64,000 nt of DNA from Rhodothermales bacterium (GCA_022822185.1 JAJECE010000048.1:7809-71808), one strand, 5' to 3'; shown: positions 1-10,819, counted from the stretch's first letter. Made by a program: numbers and translations. The notes: generated by a model not told the origin, from the letters alone.

Positions 1-277
1 ATCCGTCAGTATACAGTCTAACTGTTGTCGCATACTGGAGTCTCATTGCGCAAGTTGTCAATGAGTACAGGCATGGGAGATTGTTTGACTTTTTTCCAAA
101 AGAACCTTATATTTGTCTAATACTGAACTGGCGTGCATCTGAAGATGCGGCTCACTCGTTGTATAGGTGCTTTATTTTTTCATGCAACAGTCTTCTCGTT
201 TTTTTTTTGCGGGAGGTTCCCCGATGTTGGGGTGTGCGTATGCGTTCGTCTAATTTCAAAAACAAATTTCATTCAAA

Positions 278-3190
278 ATGAAACAAATCGTTACTTTATC
301 AACACTAGCACTTGGTTTGCTGGTCGCCCCCCTTGTGGCGGCGCAGGTTACCATAACCGGTACGGTAGTGGATGCTGAGACAAATCAGCCATTCCCGGGT
401 GTACAGGTAATTGTTCAGGGTACCCTGGAGGGTACTGTCACGGATTCTGATGGCATGTATTCCATCTCGGATGTTGTTGTCGGCAGCACATTGGAGTTCC
501 GCTTTGTGGGGTATAGAACCCACGAAGTACTCGTCCTGGAGGATATGAGTGAGGTCAATGTGCAACTGAGCGAGAGCATCCTGGAGATAGATGAATTCGT
601 TGTGGTCGGAACACGTCGATTGCCAAGGCTTGTGAAAGATTCTGCTGTTCCGGTTGATGTGTTTGGTCCCAGGGACTTGGCTTCTCAGACCAGTTCGGAT
701 CTTGATGAGATCCTCCGTACCCAGATTCCTTCTTACAATGTGCAGCGCCACGGGATTGATGATGAGGCCACATTAGTGCGTCCCATTACGCTTCGCGGGC
801 TTTCCCCTGATAATGTCGTGGTCTTAGTCAATGGTAAGCGACGTCATCGTTCGGCATCCATGGCTCTTCTTGGCAGTTCCCTCAATACGGGATCCCAGGG
901 AGCGGATATGAATATGATTCCGAGTATTGCACTGAAGCAGGTTGAGGTACTCCGGGATGGTGCTGCTGCACAGTACGGTGCGGATGCCGTAGCCGGTGTG
1001 TTCAATATGCAGCTTCGTGATAATAATCAAGGGGTCCACGTACGGTTGCAGGGTGGCCAGTATGCCGGTGGAAGTGATTTAGAGCCAACGGGAATTAACG
1101 CTGCAAAAGGGCTCAGTGAACATGACTATTCAGGGGTTGGCAGAAATTTCCTGGCCGCCGCAAATGTGGGACTTCCTCTTACAGAAAGAGGCTTTCTTAA
1201 TCTAAGCCTTGAGTATCGTGATGCGGATCCAACCATTCGCAGTGGACTCCGCCGGGACGAAGATGCATTGATTAAAGGGGGGTATCCGGTCAATAATCCT
1301 GCCCAGGTATGGGGAAGTCCAGACGTAAGTAATTCAGTGGTTGGCTTTGTTAACGCTGGAATTGACGTAGGTGAAAATGCACAGGTCTACGCATTTGGAG
1401 GCTATGGAAATCGCACCTCCGAAGGCGGGTTCTATTATCGTGCTCCCGGGACAGGCAGTGCCAGAGGATCTGTATTCCGGTTTGGGAGCGGTGACAATGC
1501 GGTAAGAGCGGTGGCGGACCTCAATGAAAGCGACGATGTGGTCTGCAGTGAGGTCGTGCCCGGTTTAGATTCGGATTTTGCATCGGTCAACAATTTCATT
1601 TCCCAGTACAAGGGCCAGTGCTTTCTCTTCAATGAATTGTTTCCCGGCGGCTTTACCCCACGCTTTGGTGCGGACATCTACGATTTGAGTGTCACCACAG
1701 GGATTCGTGGCGGGGCCGATGCCGGGTTTCGCTGGGATCTGAGTTTTTCCTATGGAAACAGTGACATAGACTATTTCATCTACAACACGATCAATGCGTC
1801 TATGGGGCCGGACACGCCCACCTCGTTCAAGCCTCGTGGATATGAGCAGGAGGAGATTACCATTTCTGCATCCGGAGTCATCCCGGTTGATGTAAATGCT
1901 TTTGCTACTCCGCTGAGTGTAGCGTTCGGACTGGAATGGCACACCGAGCAGTTCACCACGGAAGGTGGAGATGAGGATTCCTACCGTGTGGGGAAATATG
2001 GAGCGCAGGGATTTAGTGTCGGTTCCAATGGTTATCAGGGGCTGAATCCAAAATTTGCCATTTCGGAGGATCGTCCGAATGTCTCTCTTTACCTTGATCT
2101 GGAGACGGACGTAACCTCTAGTTTTACGCTGGGGGTTGCATCACGCTATGAGAATTATTACAATGACTTTGGACAAACGCTGACCGGTAAAATTGCCGCG
2201 CTGTATCGCGTGACCAGTGGGTTCCGTCTTCGTGGGACGGTTTCAACGGGCTTCCGCGCTCCCACACCTGGTCAGGCAAATCTCTGGGCGTTACAGACAG
2301 CACTTTCCGGTACGGGGGACCAGCTGGTGGAAACAGGACAGCTTCCGCCAACCCATGCGATTTCTGCTGCTCTGGGGGGACAGGAACTCACCGAGGAAAC
2401 CGCTCGCAGTATATCATTGGGCACCATCATTGATCTTTCATCAAAGTTGACGCTGACCCTTGATTACTTCGACATTTCGTTGCAGGACAGGATTTCTCTT
2501 ACCGGTAACATTGCTATCACCGATGAGATTCAAGATATTATAGATGAACAATCGGAGGATCTTCTGGGTGGTGTAGAAAATTTAAAGGAAATAAAATTCT
2601 TCTCGAATGATTTTGATACCCGTACCCGCGGAATTGATCTTCTCTTGGCGTACGACACAGAGAGTGAAGCAGGAAATGCAACCCAGGCCTCCATTGCCTG
2701 GAACTGGACAGCGACTTCCTTAGAAAAATTCTCTGCGCCCCGGCAGATCAACGAATTTCTGGGAACGACGCTCAGCAGTCCATTTACGCTCAGTCTTCTG
2801 ACACCGCGGCGGCAGTTGGAAACCGAGGATCTGAATCCGAAACATCGCATCGTTGTTATGGGACGTCATATACGTGGTTCTGTCAGTGGAATGCTGCGCC
2901 TCAATTATTATGATGGATGGTTTGCCTGCCGCAATAACAGCAATGCATGTGTTAATGGTTCTGCAAGTTTATTGGATGAGTATGACTCGGCGGTCATTGT
3001 TGATGCTGAGGTTGGGTATCGTTTTCTTGACAATTATCGTGTCTCTCTTGGGATAGACAATCTGTTTGATACGGTGCCGGACTCACATTCCGATGAGACC
3101 GGAAGTCAGGGCAATATCCGCCCGGAAAGTACTCCATGGGATTATAATGGACGTGCTTATGTGCTTCGTCTGAGCGCAGATCTATTCTAG
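278..3190 (+). CDS. TonB-dependent outer-membrane receptor with N-terminal carboxypeptidase-regulatory-like domain
   Basis: 970-aa ORF. Signal peptide MKQIVTLSTLALGLLVAPLVAAQ. CarboxypepD_reg-like segment TGTVVDAETNQPFPGVQVIVQG...FRFVGY. Plug-like segment (RGLSPDNVVVLVNGKR). Long Gly/Tyr-rich barrel ending in a terminal aromatic residue (LRLSADLF). Confidence 0.9.
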   Translation: MKQIVTLSTLALGLLVAPLVAAQVTITGTVVDAETNQPFPGVQVIVQGTLEGTVTDSDGMYSISDVVVGSTLEFRFVGYRTHEVLVLEDMSEVNVQLSESILEIDEFVVVGTRRLPRLVKDSAVPVDVFGPRDLASQTSSDLDEILRTQIPSYNVQRHGIDDEATLVRPITLRGLSPDNVVVLVNGKRRHRSASMALLGSSLNTGSQGADMNMIPSIALKQVEVLRDGAAAQYGADAVAGVFNMQLRDNNQGVHVRLQGGQYAGGSDLEPTGINAAKGLSEHDYSGVGRNFLAAANVGLPLTERGFLNLSLEYRDADPTIRSGLRRDEDALIKGGYPVNNPAQVWGSPDVSNSVVGFVNAGIDVGENAQVYAFGGYGNRTSEGGFYYRAPGTGSARGSVFRFGSGDNAVRAVADLNESDDVVCSEVVPGLDSDFASVNNFISQYKGQCFLFNELFPGGFTPRFGADIYDLSVTTGIRGGADAGFRWDLSFSYGNSDIDYFIYNTINASMGPDTPTSFKPRGYEQEEITISASGVIPVDVNAFATPLSVAFGLEWHTEQFTTEGGDEDSYRVGKYGAQGFSVGSNGYQGLNPKFAISEDRPNVSLYLDLETDVTSSFTLGVASRYENYYNDFGQTLTGKIAALYRVTSGFRLRGTVSTGFRAPTPGQANLWALQTALSGTGDQLVETGQLPPTHAISAALGGQELTEETARSISLGTIIDLSSKLTLTLDYFDISLQDRISLTGNIAITDEIQDIIDEQSEDLLGGVENLKEIKFFSNDFDTRTRGIDLLLAYDTESEAGNATQASIAWNWTATSLEKFSAPRQINEFLGTTLSSPFTLSLLTPRRQLETEDLNPKHRIVVMGRHIRGSVSGMLRLNYYDGWFACRNNSNACVNGSASLLDEYDSAVIVDAEVGYRFLDNYRVSLGIDNLFDTVPDSHSDETGSQGNIRPESTPWDYNGRAYVLRLSADLF

Positions 3191-3207
3191 ATTTTTCATT
3201 ATAACTG

Positions 3208-3243
3208 AAAAAAAGCCCCAGATCCTCTGGGGCTTTTTTTTTG
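3208..3243 (+). terminator. Rho-independent terminator after the TonB receptor gene
   Basis: Stem AGCCCCA (3214-3220) / TGGGGCT (3228-3234) with a 7-nt loop, followed by a T9 run and preceded by an A-run. It starts about 20 nt after the stop codon at 3188-3190. Confidence 0.7.
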
Positions 3244-3636
3244 CCGCGGGCGGACGGCGGAATTGGCAGTAACCGAGAGCACGGCCTGCCTTTCACAGGT
3301 GGATAAATCTTCACAGAGATGTGTCTTCCTGATTCGTGGAGTAAGCGCAACTCTGTCGGTCCAACGTTTTGACCATGTTGTTCAATAAACGGATTCAGGC
3401 ACAGAATTTCTTCAGGGGCAGGTAAGGAAATGCCGCCCCGTTGTCAGATTCTATACGGCTTAAAGGTTGCAAGCCGAAATTCTCTGAGGGGGAAGCGTGA
3501 CAAAATTTTAGTGAGTGCGTATGATGGCCTGTGACCGGGGTTTTAATCTAAGACAGTCAGCGCAGAACGTAACGCTGCACAGATAAAATACAACGGTAGA
3601 AATAGGGAGTTAAACGGATCATGATTTGAACACAGA

Positions 3637-4164
3637 ATGGCCTTGAGCAAATTTAGTCCAACCCTCGTGAAGCGTGCTCAGGACGGCGACGAAGCCGCCA
3701 GGAATTTACTCCTGGGACGGTTAGGGAAGGTCTTTAAGAATTACTTCCAGGCGAAAATCGGTAATCAGGCGGTTGCAGATGACTTGGTGCAGTGTTCGCT
3801 GTTGCGAGTTCATTCCGGCCTGGCTGCATTAAAACAGCCGGATAAGTTCAAAGCATTTGCGATGAAGGCGGCCCTGTTTGAATTGCATGATTACTATCGG
3901 GGACGGCATTCGCCCAAGGAAAAGATCTATGAGCCGCAGATGCTTCCCGAAAAACAAAATTCATCGGATGAATGGTCAGGGAGCAAATTTGATGTAGAAC
4001 GAGCGCTGGAGACACTCACTCCACACGCCAGACGCATCCTGGAACTTCGTGAGCATGGATACAAATACAGAGAGATTGCCGAGATACTAGAGACGACCGA
4101 AACCGCCGTCAAAATGCAGGTCAAACGTGCGTTTGAAAAAATGAGATCTATATTTGCAGATTAG
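3637..4164 (+). CDS. ECF-type RNA polymerase sigma-70 family factor
   Basis: 175 aa. Region-2-like DLVQCSLLRVH...FKAFAMKAALFELHDYYR and a region-4 HTH (RRILELREHGYKYREIAEILETTETAVKMQVKRA). Sits directly upstream of a FecR-like gene. Confidence 0.9.
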   Translation: MALSKFSPTLVKRAQDGDEAARNLLLGRLGKVFKNYFQAKIGNQAVADDLVQCSLLRVHSGLAALKQPDKFKAFAMKAALFELHDYYRGRHSPKEKIYEPQMLPEKQNSSDEWSGSKFDVERALETLTPHARRILELREHGYKYREIAEILETTETAVKMQVKRAFEKMRSIFAD

Positions 4165-4200
4165 TCGTTACCTTTCGTACCTTTCCCGCGTCCTAAGCGT

Positions 4201-5331
4201 ATGGATCCCTGTTTTGGAATGGACCAATCTGAGTTAATACAAAAAGTGCTTTGTGAAGAAGCACTCACCGCCGAAGAAAGAAAGGCGCACACCGAGAATC
4301 TGGAAGCGGATCCACGTCTGGCGCGTTCGCTGGCGGGCTGGTACCGACTCCGGACCTCTCTGCGGAACCGAATTCCCAGCGCCCGTGATTTTGTGCTCCA
4401 TGCATTTGCACTTGGAGGGCATGCAGAGGATTTGAGTGATGAGGAGGCACAAGAGGTAAGTGAGAAGTGGAAAAATCTTGATCCGGTGATCCAGTCGCAT
4501 CCAGGCTTTTCGGAAGTCTGTACCCAGATTGAACAGGATCGAGAAGATTTTCTTGAGTGCTGGGAAGCTGAGGATCAACCGTCCTTTTCTGGCGTGTTCC
4601 TGCTGCGGATGCCTCGAATGTCTCGGATCGCCGCCGCCATTGCCGTGCTGGTGGTCTCTGCGATTACGGTTATTTTTCTGCTGAATCGGGGAGATACTAC
4701 GCTCTGGATGGTGGACGCAGATCCAGGCGAATATGAGCGTGTCCTTCTTCCAGATGGCTCGGTTGCACATCTCAATGGACCGGCAACGCTCCAATTTGAG
4801 GATGGAGAGAGTTTTGCGCGTTCGGTCGCGTTGACGGGGAGTGCATTTTTTGATATTATGCATAAGCCGGATCAATTTTCGGTTCAGACCGGAGAAGCGG
4901 TTGCCCGAGTACTCGGTACACGCTTTGGGGTGCGTTCAATGAATGGATTGACCCAGATTATTTTAGAGAGCGGACGGCTAGAGGTCGCTTCCATCACCAA
5001 AACCCCGCAGAGTGTTGTGCTTGTGCCCGGACAGATGACGAGCGTAGCGCAGGGGGCCACCACGCCAACTTCGCCCGTAAAGGTGAGTATAGAAGATCAA
5101 CTGGGATGGACCGGGTTTATTTTTTTCAGGGAAACCCCGTTGCGGAAGGCGGCGGTACTGCTTTCTTCAAGCCGAAGTGTGCGAGTTGAGGTGGACCCGT
5201 CTCTCGTTAATGAAATGGTCACCGGCACTTTCGAGCCAGATATGACGGTGGAAGAGATCCTGAATGCACTTGCGCTTACCCTGAATGCCAGAATTCTGTC
5301 CGAAGCAGGGACCTATCACATCGTTCCATAA
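4201..5331 (+). CDS. FecR-family anti-sigma factor / transmembrane sensor
   Basis: 376 aa. Central TM helix (IAAAIAVLVVSAITVIFLL). FecR-like periplasmic domain (LPDGSVAHLNGPATLQFE...GSAFFDI...F.VQTGEAVARVLGTRFGV). Flanked by the ECF sigma gene and an STN-domain TonB receptor. Confidence 0.85.
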   Translation: MDPCFGMDQSELIQKVLCEEALTAEERKAHTENLEADPRLARSLAGWYRLRTSLRNRIPSARDFVLHAFALGGHAEDLSDEEAQEVSEKWKNLDPVIQSHPGFSEVCTQIEQDREDFLECWEAEDQPSFSGVFLLRMPRMSRIAAAIAVLVVSAITVIFLLNRGDTTLWMVDADPGEYERVLLPDGSVAHLNGPATLQFEDGESFARSVALTGSAFFDIMHKPDQFSVQTGEAVARVLGTRFGVRSMNGLTQIILESGRLEVASITKTPQSVVLVPGQMTSVAQGATTPTSPVKVSIEDQLGWTGFIFFRETPLRKAAVLLSSSRSVRVEVDPSLVNEMVTGTFEPDMTVEEILNALALTLNARILSEAGTYHIVP

Positions 5332-5379
5332 GGGTCGGTTTGGAACACAGATGGCGGTGACGTGTAATGCGCACATGAA

Positions 5380-8070
5380 ATGCACATTACACTTCGGCAG
5401 TGTTTTTTGGGGAAGCAATCCCTTTGTCTGTATCTGGTCGCGGTCTGTGCAGGTATTAGCCTGATAAGGACCTCCTGTGCTCAGGATATTTCGGTGGATA
5501 TCTCCGAAGAGACTCTCTCGCAGGCTCTGGATGACTTTGCAAGTTCGTATCGCGTGAACCTTGTCTACGCCCGGCGGCAGGTAGACGGGTTTCGGGTTAC
5601 ATGTAACTATCGCGGCACGGATCTGCAAGCCGCATTGATGTGCATTCTGTCCGGACAGAATCTTCGCGTGATCCGGTTAAAAAGGCGGCAGTATGTACTT
5701 GTGGACACGGATAGAGGAGAGTCTGAGAATTCCGCAGAAGTCCGTTTGGGGACGCTAAATGGATTTGTGGTGGATTCCCTGTCCAAAGAGACGCTGCCGG
5801 GGGCGCACATATATCTGCCCAGACTCGTTATCGGTGGAGCAACCAATGAAGCGGGATACTATGCAATCCCATCCCTGCCACTCGGTCAGTCTTATCAGGC
5901 AAGGATCTCCTTTCTGGGCTATACCCCCCTGGATACACTACTTGAAATTTCCGGAGAGCCAGCCACGATTCAATTGAGCCGTCAGACATTGGAAGGGAAA
6001 ACCGTTCTGGTCAGTTCAGATCGCCGTACCCCGTATGAGGTAGCGCCAGGTATTCGCCAGATTCCAGTGAACCGGATCAGTAAGCTGCCGGGTTTCCCTG
6101 GAGAGGCTGACCTGCTTCAATCTCTTCGCTGGCTTCCCAGTGTCCAGCGGGTACGCACCAATCAGGGGGGCTTGGTTGTTCGCGGTGGAGAGCCGGATCA
6201 GGTGCAGTATTTGATTGACGGCGCTCCCATCTATCACATGTGGCACATTGCAGGCCTGCTCTCAGTCTATCAGTCCGAAGCGTTCAAAGATGTGCGGTTA
6301 TATCGGGGAACCTTTCCGGCGGAGCACGGCGGGCGCCTGTCTGCAGTTCTGGATGCAGAACTGAAAGATGGGTCCATGGATCAGATCACAGGACTGGTCG
6401 GCGTAGGTCTGGTCAGTGCACGCGCATTTGTTGAGGGGCCAATCACGAAAAAACTGTCCTTTATGGTATCAGGACGGCGATCCTATCTGGATCGGATTAT
6501 TGGGCACACGCATGTGGTTGTTGATGGGGGGGTACAGGATACCATGCGTACAGGTGTCTACCTGTATGATATCAGTATGAAGCTGGCATGGCGCCCCTCT
6601 CCGAGGCAACGGCTCACCGTGGGAATCTACGGGAGTTCGGATGATCTGGATATTCGGCTGCCGGTAGATCTGACCGCTTTGGGTTCCGCCAGCTCGATCC
6701 TTCCCCTAGGCAGTTGGTTACGCCCCTCAAATCTTTTTTTTGAGTTTGATACCCGATGGAGTAATCGCCTGATCAGTGCACGCTACCGGTATCTGCACGC
6801 AGATCGTCTATTCGTGAGCGCAACATCGTATGCGACCTCCTATCGGGCGCATGAACGCATCTTTGTTCGTCCAACGACCAGTTCGTCCGTGAATTCGGAG
6901 TATGGGGTGAGTATACTGGATATTGGCGTGAAACTGGACATTGATTATTATATCTCTCTGGCAAATCATATTCGGGCAGGCATCTCACTGGTCCAGCGTA
7001 CCTTCTCCAGTGAATTAGATGCATTTATTTTGCAAACCAATATCATCTCCGAAAGCATAGATGAGGACAGTTCACTGGATAACACCGAGATTATCCTGTA
7101 CGCACAGAATACCTGGACTCCAACGCCAAGGTTGCAGATCCAGCCGGGGGTTCGTGTCAGTCAATTGCGGGGGCGTAAAGATTTTCGACTAAGCCCCCGT
7201 CTGGGAATTCAATATGACCTGAATCAGGCGAGTATCTGGATGGCAACCGGTGTGAATGTACAGTATCTGCATCAGGTGCGGGATCGTTACTCGGTACTGT
7301 ATGACTTGATTTCCTACCGTTGGGTGCCTGCCAGCCGCTCCGTAAAGCCTTCCTACAGTTACCACGCCTCCGCGGGCGGCAGTATATTCTGGGGGACCTC
7401 CTTTACGGCAGATATAGGCCTTTACCTTCATCGGACACATGGGCTTTTACTTCCGCGGAATGAAGGGCAAAGCGGAGACAGGTTACTTGGTCCCGGCATT
7501 GAACTAGGTACGATACTCGGCCAGTATACCCGGGGGAAGGCAGTGGCACACGGACTGGAGGTCAATCTTCAGTATGAGCGGGGGAGTTCTCTCGTCTGGA
7601 TCAGTTATGCTGCCGGCAGATCTCGCAGCCGAGCACCTGAACTCGGAGAAAGGCAGTTCCGTCCGGGACGGTTTGATGTCCCGCAGCAATTTCAGATTGC
7701 CCTGCAGCGCACGAAAACAAAGTGGTCGTACGGGGTGAACGGGAACTGGCGCAGCGGGTATCCCATTACAGTTCCCGAGGCCCGCTATGCAGTAGGGGAT
7801 CCCCTATCGGAAATGCCCGAGCGGTTTCTTTACTTCCCCACCATTAATAATGGCCGATTGCCCGCATATATAAATTTTGGGGTACAGGGAGGCTATCAAT
7901 TGAATGTGGGTAATGTTGCCGTGCAATTCCGGCTGGAAGTCAATAATATCACCTTTCGCCGGAATGTGATTGGGCGTGTATATGATCCCACCCTCCCCGA
8001 CGAGGTCTTCGTTACATCCAGAAAGGGACTCCCCCTGTATCCACTATTTGAAATCACTGCACGATTTTAG
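5380..8070 (+). CDS. TonB-dependent transducer (STN signalling domain + carboxypeptidase-regulatory-like domain + plug/barrel)
   Basis: 896 aa. N-terminal STN-like segment (LSQALDDFASSYRVNLVYARRQV...LQAALMCILSGQNLRV), then GTLNGFVVDSLSKETLPGAHIYL...ISFLGYTP, then plug (RGGEPDQVQYLIDGAPIY). Barrel ends in ...FEITARF. Confidence 0.85.
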   Translation: MHITLRQCFLGKQSLCLYLVAVCAGISLIRTSCAQDISVDISEETLSQALDDFASSYRVNLVYARRQVDGFRVTCNYRGTDLQAALMCILSGQNLRVIRLKRRQYVLVDTDRGESENSAEVRLGTLNGFVVDSLSKETLPGAHIYLPRLVIGGATNEAGYYAIPSLPLGQSYQARISFLGYTPLDTLLEISGEPATIQLSRQTLEGKTVLVSSDRRTPYEVAPGIRQIPVNRISKLPGFPGEADLLQSLRWLPSVQRVRTNQGGLVVRGGEPDQVQYLIDGAPIYHMWHIAGLLSVYQSEAFKDVRLYRGTFPAEHGGRLSAVLDAELKDGSMDQITGLVGVGLVSARAFVEGPITKKLSFMVSGRRSYLDRIIGHTHVVVDGGVQDTMRTGVYLYDISMKLAWRPSPRQRLTVGIYGSSDDLDIRLPVDLTALGSASSILPLGSWLRPSNLFFEFDTRWSNRLISARYRYLHADRLFVSATSYATSYRAHERIFVRPTTSSSVNSEYGVSILDIGVKLDIDYYISLANHIRAGISLVQRTFSSELDAFILQTNIISESIDEDSSLDNTEIILYAQNTWTPTPRLQIQPGVRVSQLRGRKDFRLSPRLGIQYDLNQASIWMATGVNVQYLHQVRDRYSVLYDLISYRWVPASRSVKPSYSYHASAGGSIFWGTSFTADIGLYLHRTHGLLLPRNEGQSGDRLLGPGIELGTILGQYTRGKAVAHGLEVNLQYERGSSLVWISYAAGRSRSRAPELGERQFRPGRFDVPQQFQIALQRTKTKWSYGVNGNWRSGYPITVPEARYAVGDPLSEMPERFLYFPTINNGRLPAYINFGVQGGYQLNVGNVAVQFRLEVNNITFRRNVIGRVYDPTLPDEVFVTSRKGLPLYPLFEITARF

Positions 8071-8072
8071 GG

Positions 8073-8972
8073 ATGAAGTTCAGGTGCCTGCTGCTTGCAA
8101 GTATGATTCTGGGCGGATGCGATGCCATTCAGCCAGAGGCGACTTCACTTCTGGTTGTGGAAGCCTTTGTGGTGTCTGAGCGGCCGCTGCCTGCAATCAC
8201 ACTGAGGCAGGCAGTTCCCATCCAGGACCCCTATGACCTGGATGCGTCTACGGCGGCCACGGGTGCTCAGGTAGCACTCGTGATGCAGGGGGCGAGCATC
8301 CCGTACACAATGCAGCGCCCCGGGGTGTATGTGCCGTTCGATTCGGTGTTGGCGGTCCCTGGGGCCGAACTTGAATTAAGCGTTGTATGGAATCATCAAT
8401 CGGTCACCGCCCGGAGTCGAATTCCTCCGCGCATCTCTCTGGACAGCCTTGATATTGTGGTTTCGGACACTCCAATGCCCGGATTACTGTTGGAGTCGTT
8501 ATTCATTGATCCATCTCTGGTGGATTCTCTGGGGCTGCGGGCACTCGGTCAGATTGCGCAGGAAGGATTGATTCATCTCATAGAGGCGACGTTGTACTGG
8601 AAGGGGAGTGCGACACGGGCTGGGGATGACTGGTGGATGCGATTGCAACTGCTTCCCGCGCTTGGAGGGGATCAGCGGCTCGGTAATTATTTTTTGAGTC
8701 CAGAGGTGTTGCGGCGGGAAACCGAGATTCCCTATATCTATACAAGTTTTCGGTCATGGTCGGGATCCTACGCGGTTCAGGTAACCAGCGAGACGGATCC
8801 CGTTCCCGCGCATGCTCTTCGGGTCAGTATTATCCGATGCACGCAGGCATATGCAGACTTTGTGTCGGGGAGTTTGAATCCAGGGGAGGTTGAGCCTCCA
8901 TCTAATATATCGGGAGGGCGCGGGATTTTTGCGGGGATCGCTCTGGATACAATGACCGTACAAATTCGGTGA
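8073..8972 (+). CDS. Lipoprotein, DUF4249-like partner of the TonB transducer
   Basis: 299 aa. Lipoprotein signal MKFRCLLLASMILGGC. Starts 2 nt after the receptor stop codon. The family call rests on size and context and is tentative. Confidence 0.55.
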   Translation: MKFRCLLLASMILGGCDAIQPEATSLLVVEAFVVSERPLPAITLRQAVPIQDPYDLDASTAATGAQVALVMQGASIPYTMQRPGVYVPFDSVLAVPGAELELSVVWNHQSVTARSRIPPRISLDSLDIVVSDTPMPGLLLESLFIDPSLVDSLGLRALGQIAQEGLIHLIEATLYWKGSATRAGDDWWMRLQLLPALGGDQRLGNYFLSPEVLRRETEIPYIYTSFRSWSGSYAVQVTSETDPVPAHALRVSIIRCTQAYADFVSGSLNPGEVEPPSNISGGRGIFAGIALDTMTVQIR

Positions 8973-9652
8973 TGGGCAGCACGAAGAGACATTCCTTTAA
9001 GGCCGGCACAATCACTGCATTAAGTCCACAGGCCAGGGATCGCAACCGGACATCTGTCTTTATTGACGGAGAGTTTTCCTTTGGGATATTGACGGATCTG
9101 GTTGGTCAGAATAAATTATATGTAGGCAAGGAACTGGATGAAACGCAGATAAGGACCCTGTTGCGGAACGAAACGGTACTCCAGGCAAGGTCCACGGCAT
9201 TGGCTTATCTGGCGTATGTGCCGCGGACGGTTTACCAGATACGAAAACATTTAGTGGAGCGGGGATGCTCAGAGCACGACATTCAGAAGGTACTTCAGGA
9301 TCTTACGGAGCTCGGCTATGTGAATGACCGTAAGTATGCGACGGATTATGCGACTGCGCGGTTTAATCACAAGGGATATGGGCCGGAGCGGATTCGCCGT
9401 GAATTGTCGGCGGACGGGGTTTCACCGGAGGATATCTCGGAGGCGATTAACGCCAATATCCCCCTGGAAGCCTTTGAGGAGCGTGCAAAAAGTATGGTGG
9501 AGCGATTTCAGGATCGGGTGCAGGGCAGCGGTCCGAAGCGAAAAAAGAAACTGATTGATTACCTGACAAGGCGGGGATACGGGTATACAATGGCAAGGGA
9601 ACTAGTTCAAGAGGTACTGTATCAAAGTGAGTCAGGTAAAAATCACAGGTAG
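8969..9652 (+). CDS. recX: Recombination regulator RecX
   Basis: 227 aa. Repeated three-helix RecX motifs (ARSTALAYLAYVPRTVYQIRKHLVERGCSEHDIQKVLQDLTELGYVNDRKYATDYA...GYGPERIRRELSADGVSPEDISEAI...KKKLIDYLTRRGYGY). The GTG at 8969 overlaps the upstream stop codon; the ATG at 8972 is an alternative start. Confidence 0.85.
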   Translation: MMGSTKRHSFKAGTITALSPQARDRNRTSVFIDGEFSFGILTDLVGQNKLYVGKELDETQIRTLLRNETVLQARSTALAYLAYVPRTVYQIRKHLVERGCSEHDIQKVLQDLTELGYVNDRKYATDYATARFNHKGYGPERIRRELSADGVSPEDISEAINANIPLEAFEERAKSMVERFQDRVQGSGPKRKKKLIDYLTRRGYGYTMARELVQEVLYQSESGKNHR

Positions 9653-10400
9653 CGTACTACGGGATCATCTCGGCGGAGTCCAGCCCTCAGTTGCGATGAT
9701 TTTGGGGTCAGGGTGCGGAGTTGAACTGGATCATGTTCACTGGGAGTTTGCAGTTTCGGACATCCCCGGATTCGTATCTCCTTCGGTTGCCGGACATTTG
9801 GGGCGGATCACCGCGGGAACCTTTGCAGGCCGGGAAGTGCTCTTAATTCAGGGTCGGGTTCACTGCTATGAGGGAATATCCATGTATGGTGTGACCTTTC
9901 AGGTAAGACTTATCCATGAGTTGGGGATTCGAAACATTATTTTCATCAGTGCGGCAGGGGCAATACGGGCAACATTGAGCACGGGCGAGATGATGTTAGT
10001 GGAAGACCACATCTGTGCGCAACCCCTGACTGCAACTTATCGGACACGTTCGGTGTATGATACGCCTTGGAGGGAGCGCGTGATTGAAGTTTGTTACGGT
10101 TCGCCCGTTTCCAGTGGTGTCTATGTTTGGACCATTGGGCCAAGTTATGAAACTCCAGCAGAGATTGCCGCATTTGAACGTAGAGGCGGTGACGTAGTTG
10201 GAATGAGTTTAGTACCCGAAGCGATGGAAGCTTCCGCTTTAGATATGCATGTGCTGGCAGCCACGGTGATCACCAACGGTGCGGCCGGCTTGGAGGGCAG
10301 GGAGTTAAAGCACGAAGACGTTCTTCGTGTTGCCGGGGCTGCACATGCGAATCTTACAGATTTACTAGTCAAAGCAGTAGTCCAGGCACCTCAGTTCTGA
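9627..10400 (+). CDS. Purine nucleoside phosphorylase (PNP/MTAP family)
   Basis: 257 aa. MILGSGCG...VAGHLGRITAGTFAGREVLLIQGRVHCYEG...IFISAAGAI...GPSYETPAEIAAFERRGGDVVGMSLVPEA. GTG start overlaps the recX 3' end. Confidence 0.85.
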   Translation: MSQVKITGSVLRDHLGGVQPSVAMILGSGCGVELDHVHWEFAVSDIPGFVSPSVAGHLGRITAGTFAGREVLLIQGRVHCYEGISMYGVTFQVRLIHELGIRNIIFISAAGAIRATLSTGEMMLVEDHICAQPLTATYRTRSVYDTPWRERVIEVCYGSPVSSGVYVWTIGPSYETPAEIAAFERRGGDVVGMSLVPEAMEASALDMHVLAATVITNGAAGLEGRELKHEDVLRVAGAAHANLTDLLVKAVVQAPQF

Positions 10401-10459
10401 AAAAACAGTTAACTTACCGCTAACATGATATTTTTATCACAAAACCAAATTGCAGCGCA

Positions 10460-10819
10460 ATGAACGACGATTATGGGCATAGCAGTGGCGATTGGGATGA
10501 TGCGCCGCATTCAGGCGGAGAATCCCGATACCGCGACGAAGTATTTTCAAGGAGGGTCCCCGCAGGGCGACGTACCTATTTCTTCGATGTTAAGGCAACC
10601 CGCTCCGGTGAAGATTTTTTTATCGTCATCACCGAAAGCAAGCGGGTTGGTGAACATCGTCACGAGAAGCACAAGATTTTCGTGTACAAGGAAGACTTTG
10701 CCAAGTTTATGAGGGGTTTGTATGAGGCTATGGAGGATGTACGGACCGAACGTCTGCCTGACTACGAATTCTACGGCTACCCATCTGTTGATTTTCCGCC
10801 GAGGGACGACGACAGGTAA
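10460..10819 (+). CDS. PUR-alpha-like nucleic-acid-binding protein (DUF3276 family)
   Basis: 119 aa. RRTYFFDVKATRSGEDFFIVITESKR...HKIFVYKEDFAKFMRGL is the characteristic PUR-like repeat of the Bacteroidota DUF3276 family. Confidence 0.7.
   Translation: MNDDYGHSSGDWDDAPHSGGESRYRDEVFSRRVPAGRRTYFFDVKATRSGEDFFIVITESKRVGEHRHEKHKIFVYKEDFAKFMRGLYEAMEDVRTERLPDYEFYGYPSVDFPPRDDDR

Noticed and set aside
1-277. Possible riboswitch (B12 or TPP) upstream of the first TonB-dependent receptor. ORFs 81-281 and 133-378 also lie here.
   Set aside because: No conserved riboswitch core could be recognised. The two ORFs are low-complexity, overlap the receptor start and lack any family signature.
3244-3636. 393-bp spacer before the ECF sigma gene, examined for small genes, repeats or a sigma-dependent promoter.
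   Set aside because: Nothing beyond the terminator at its left edge could be supported by eye. No repeat or conserved box was recognised.
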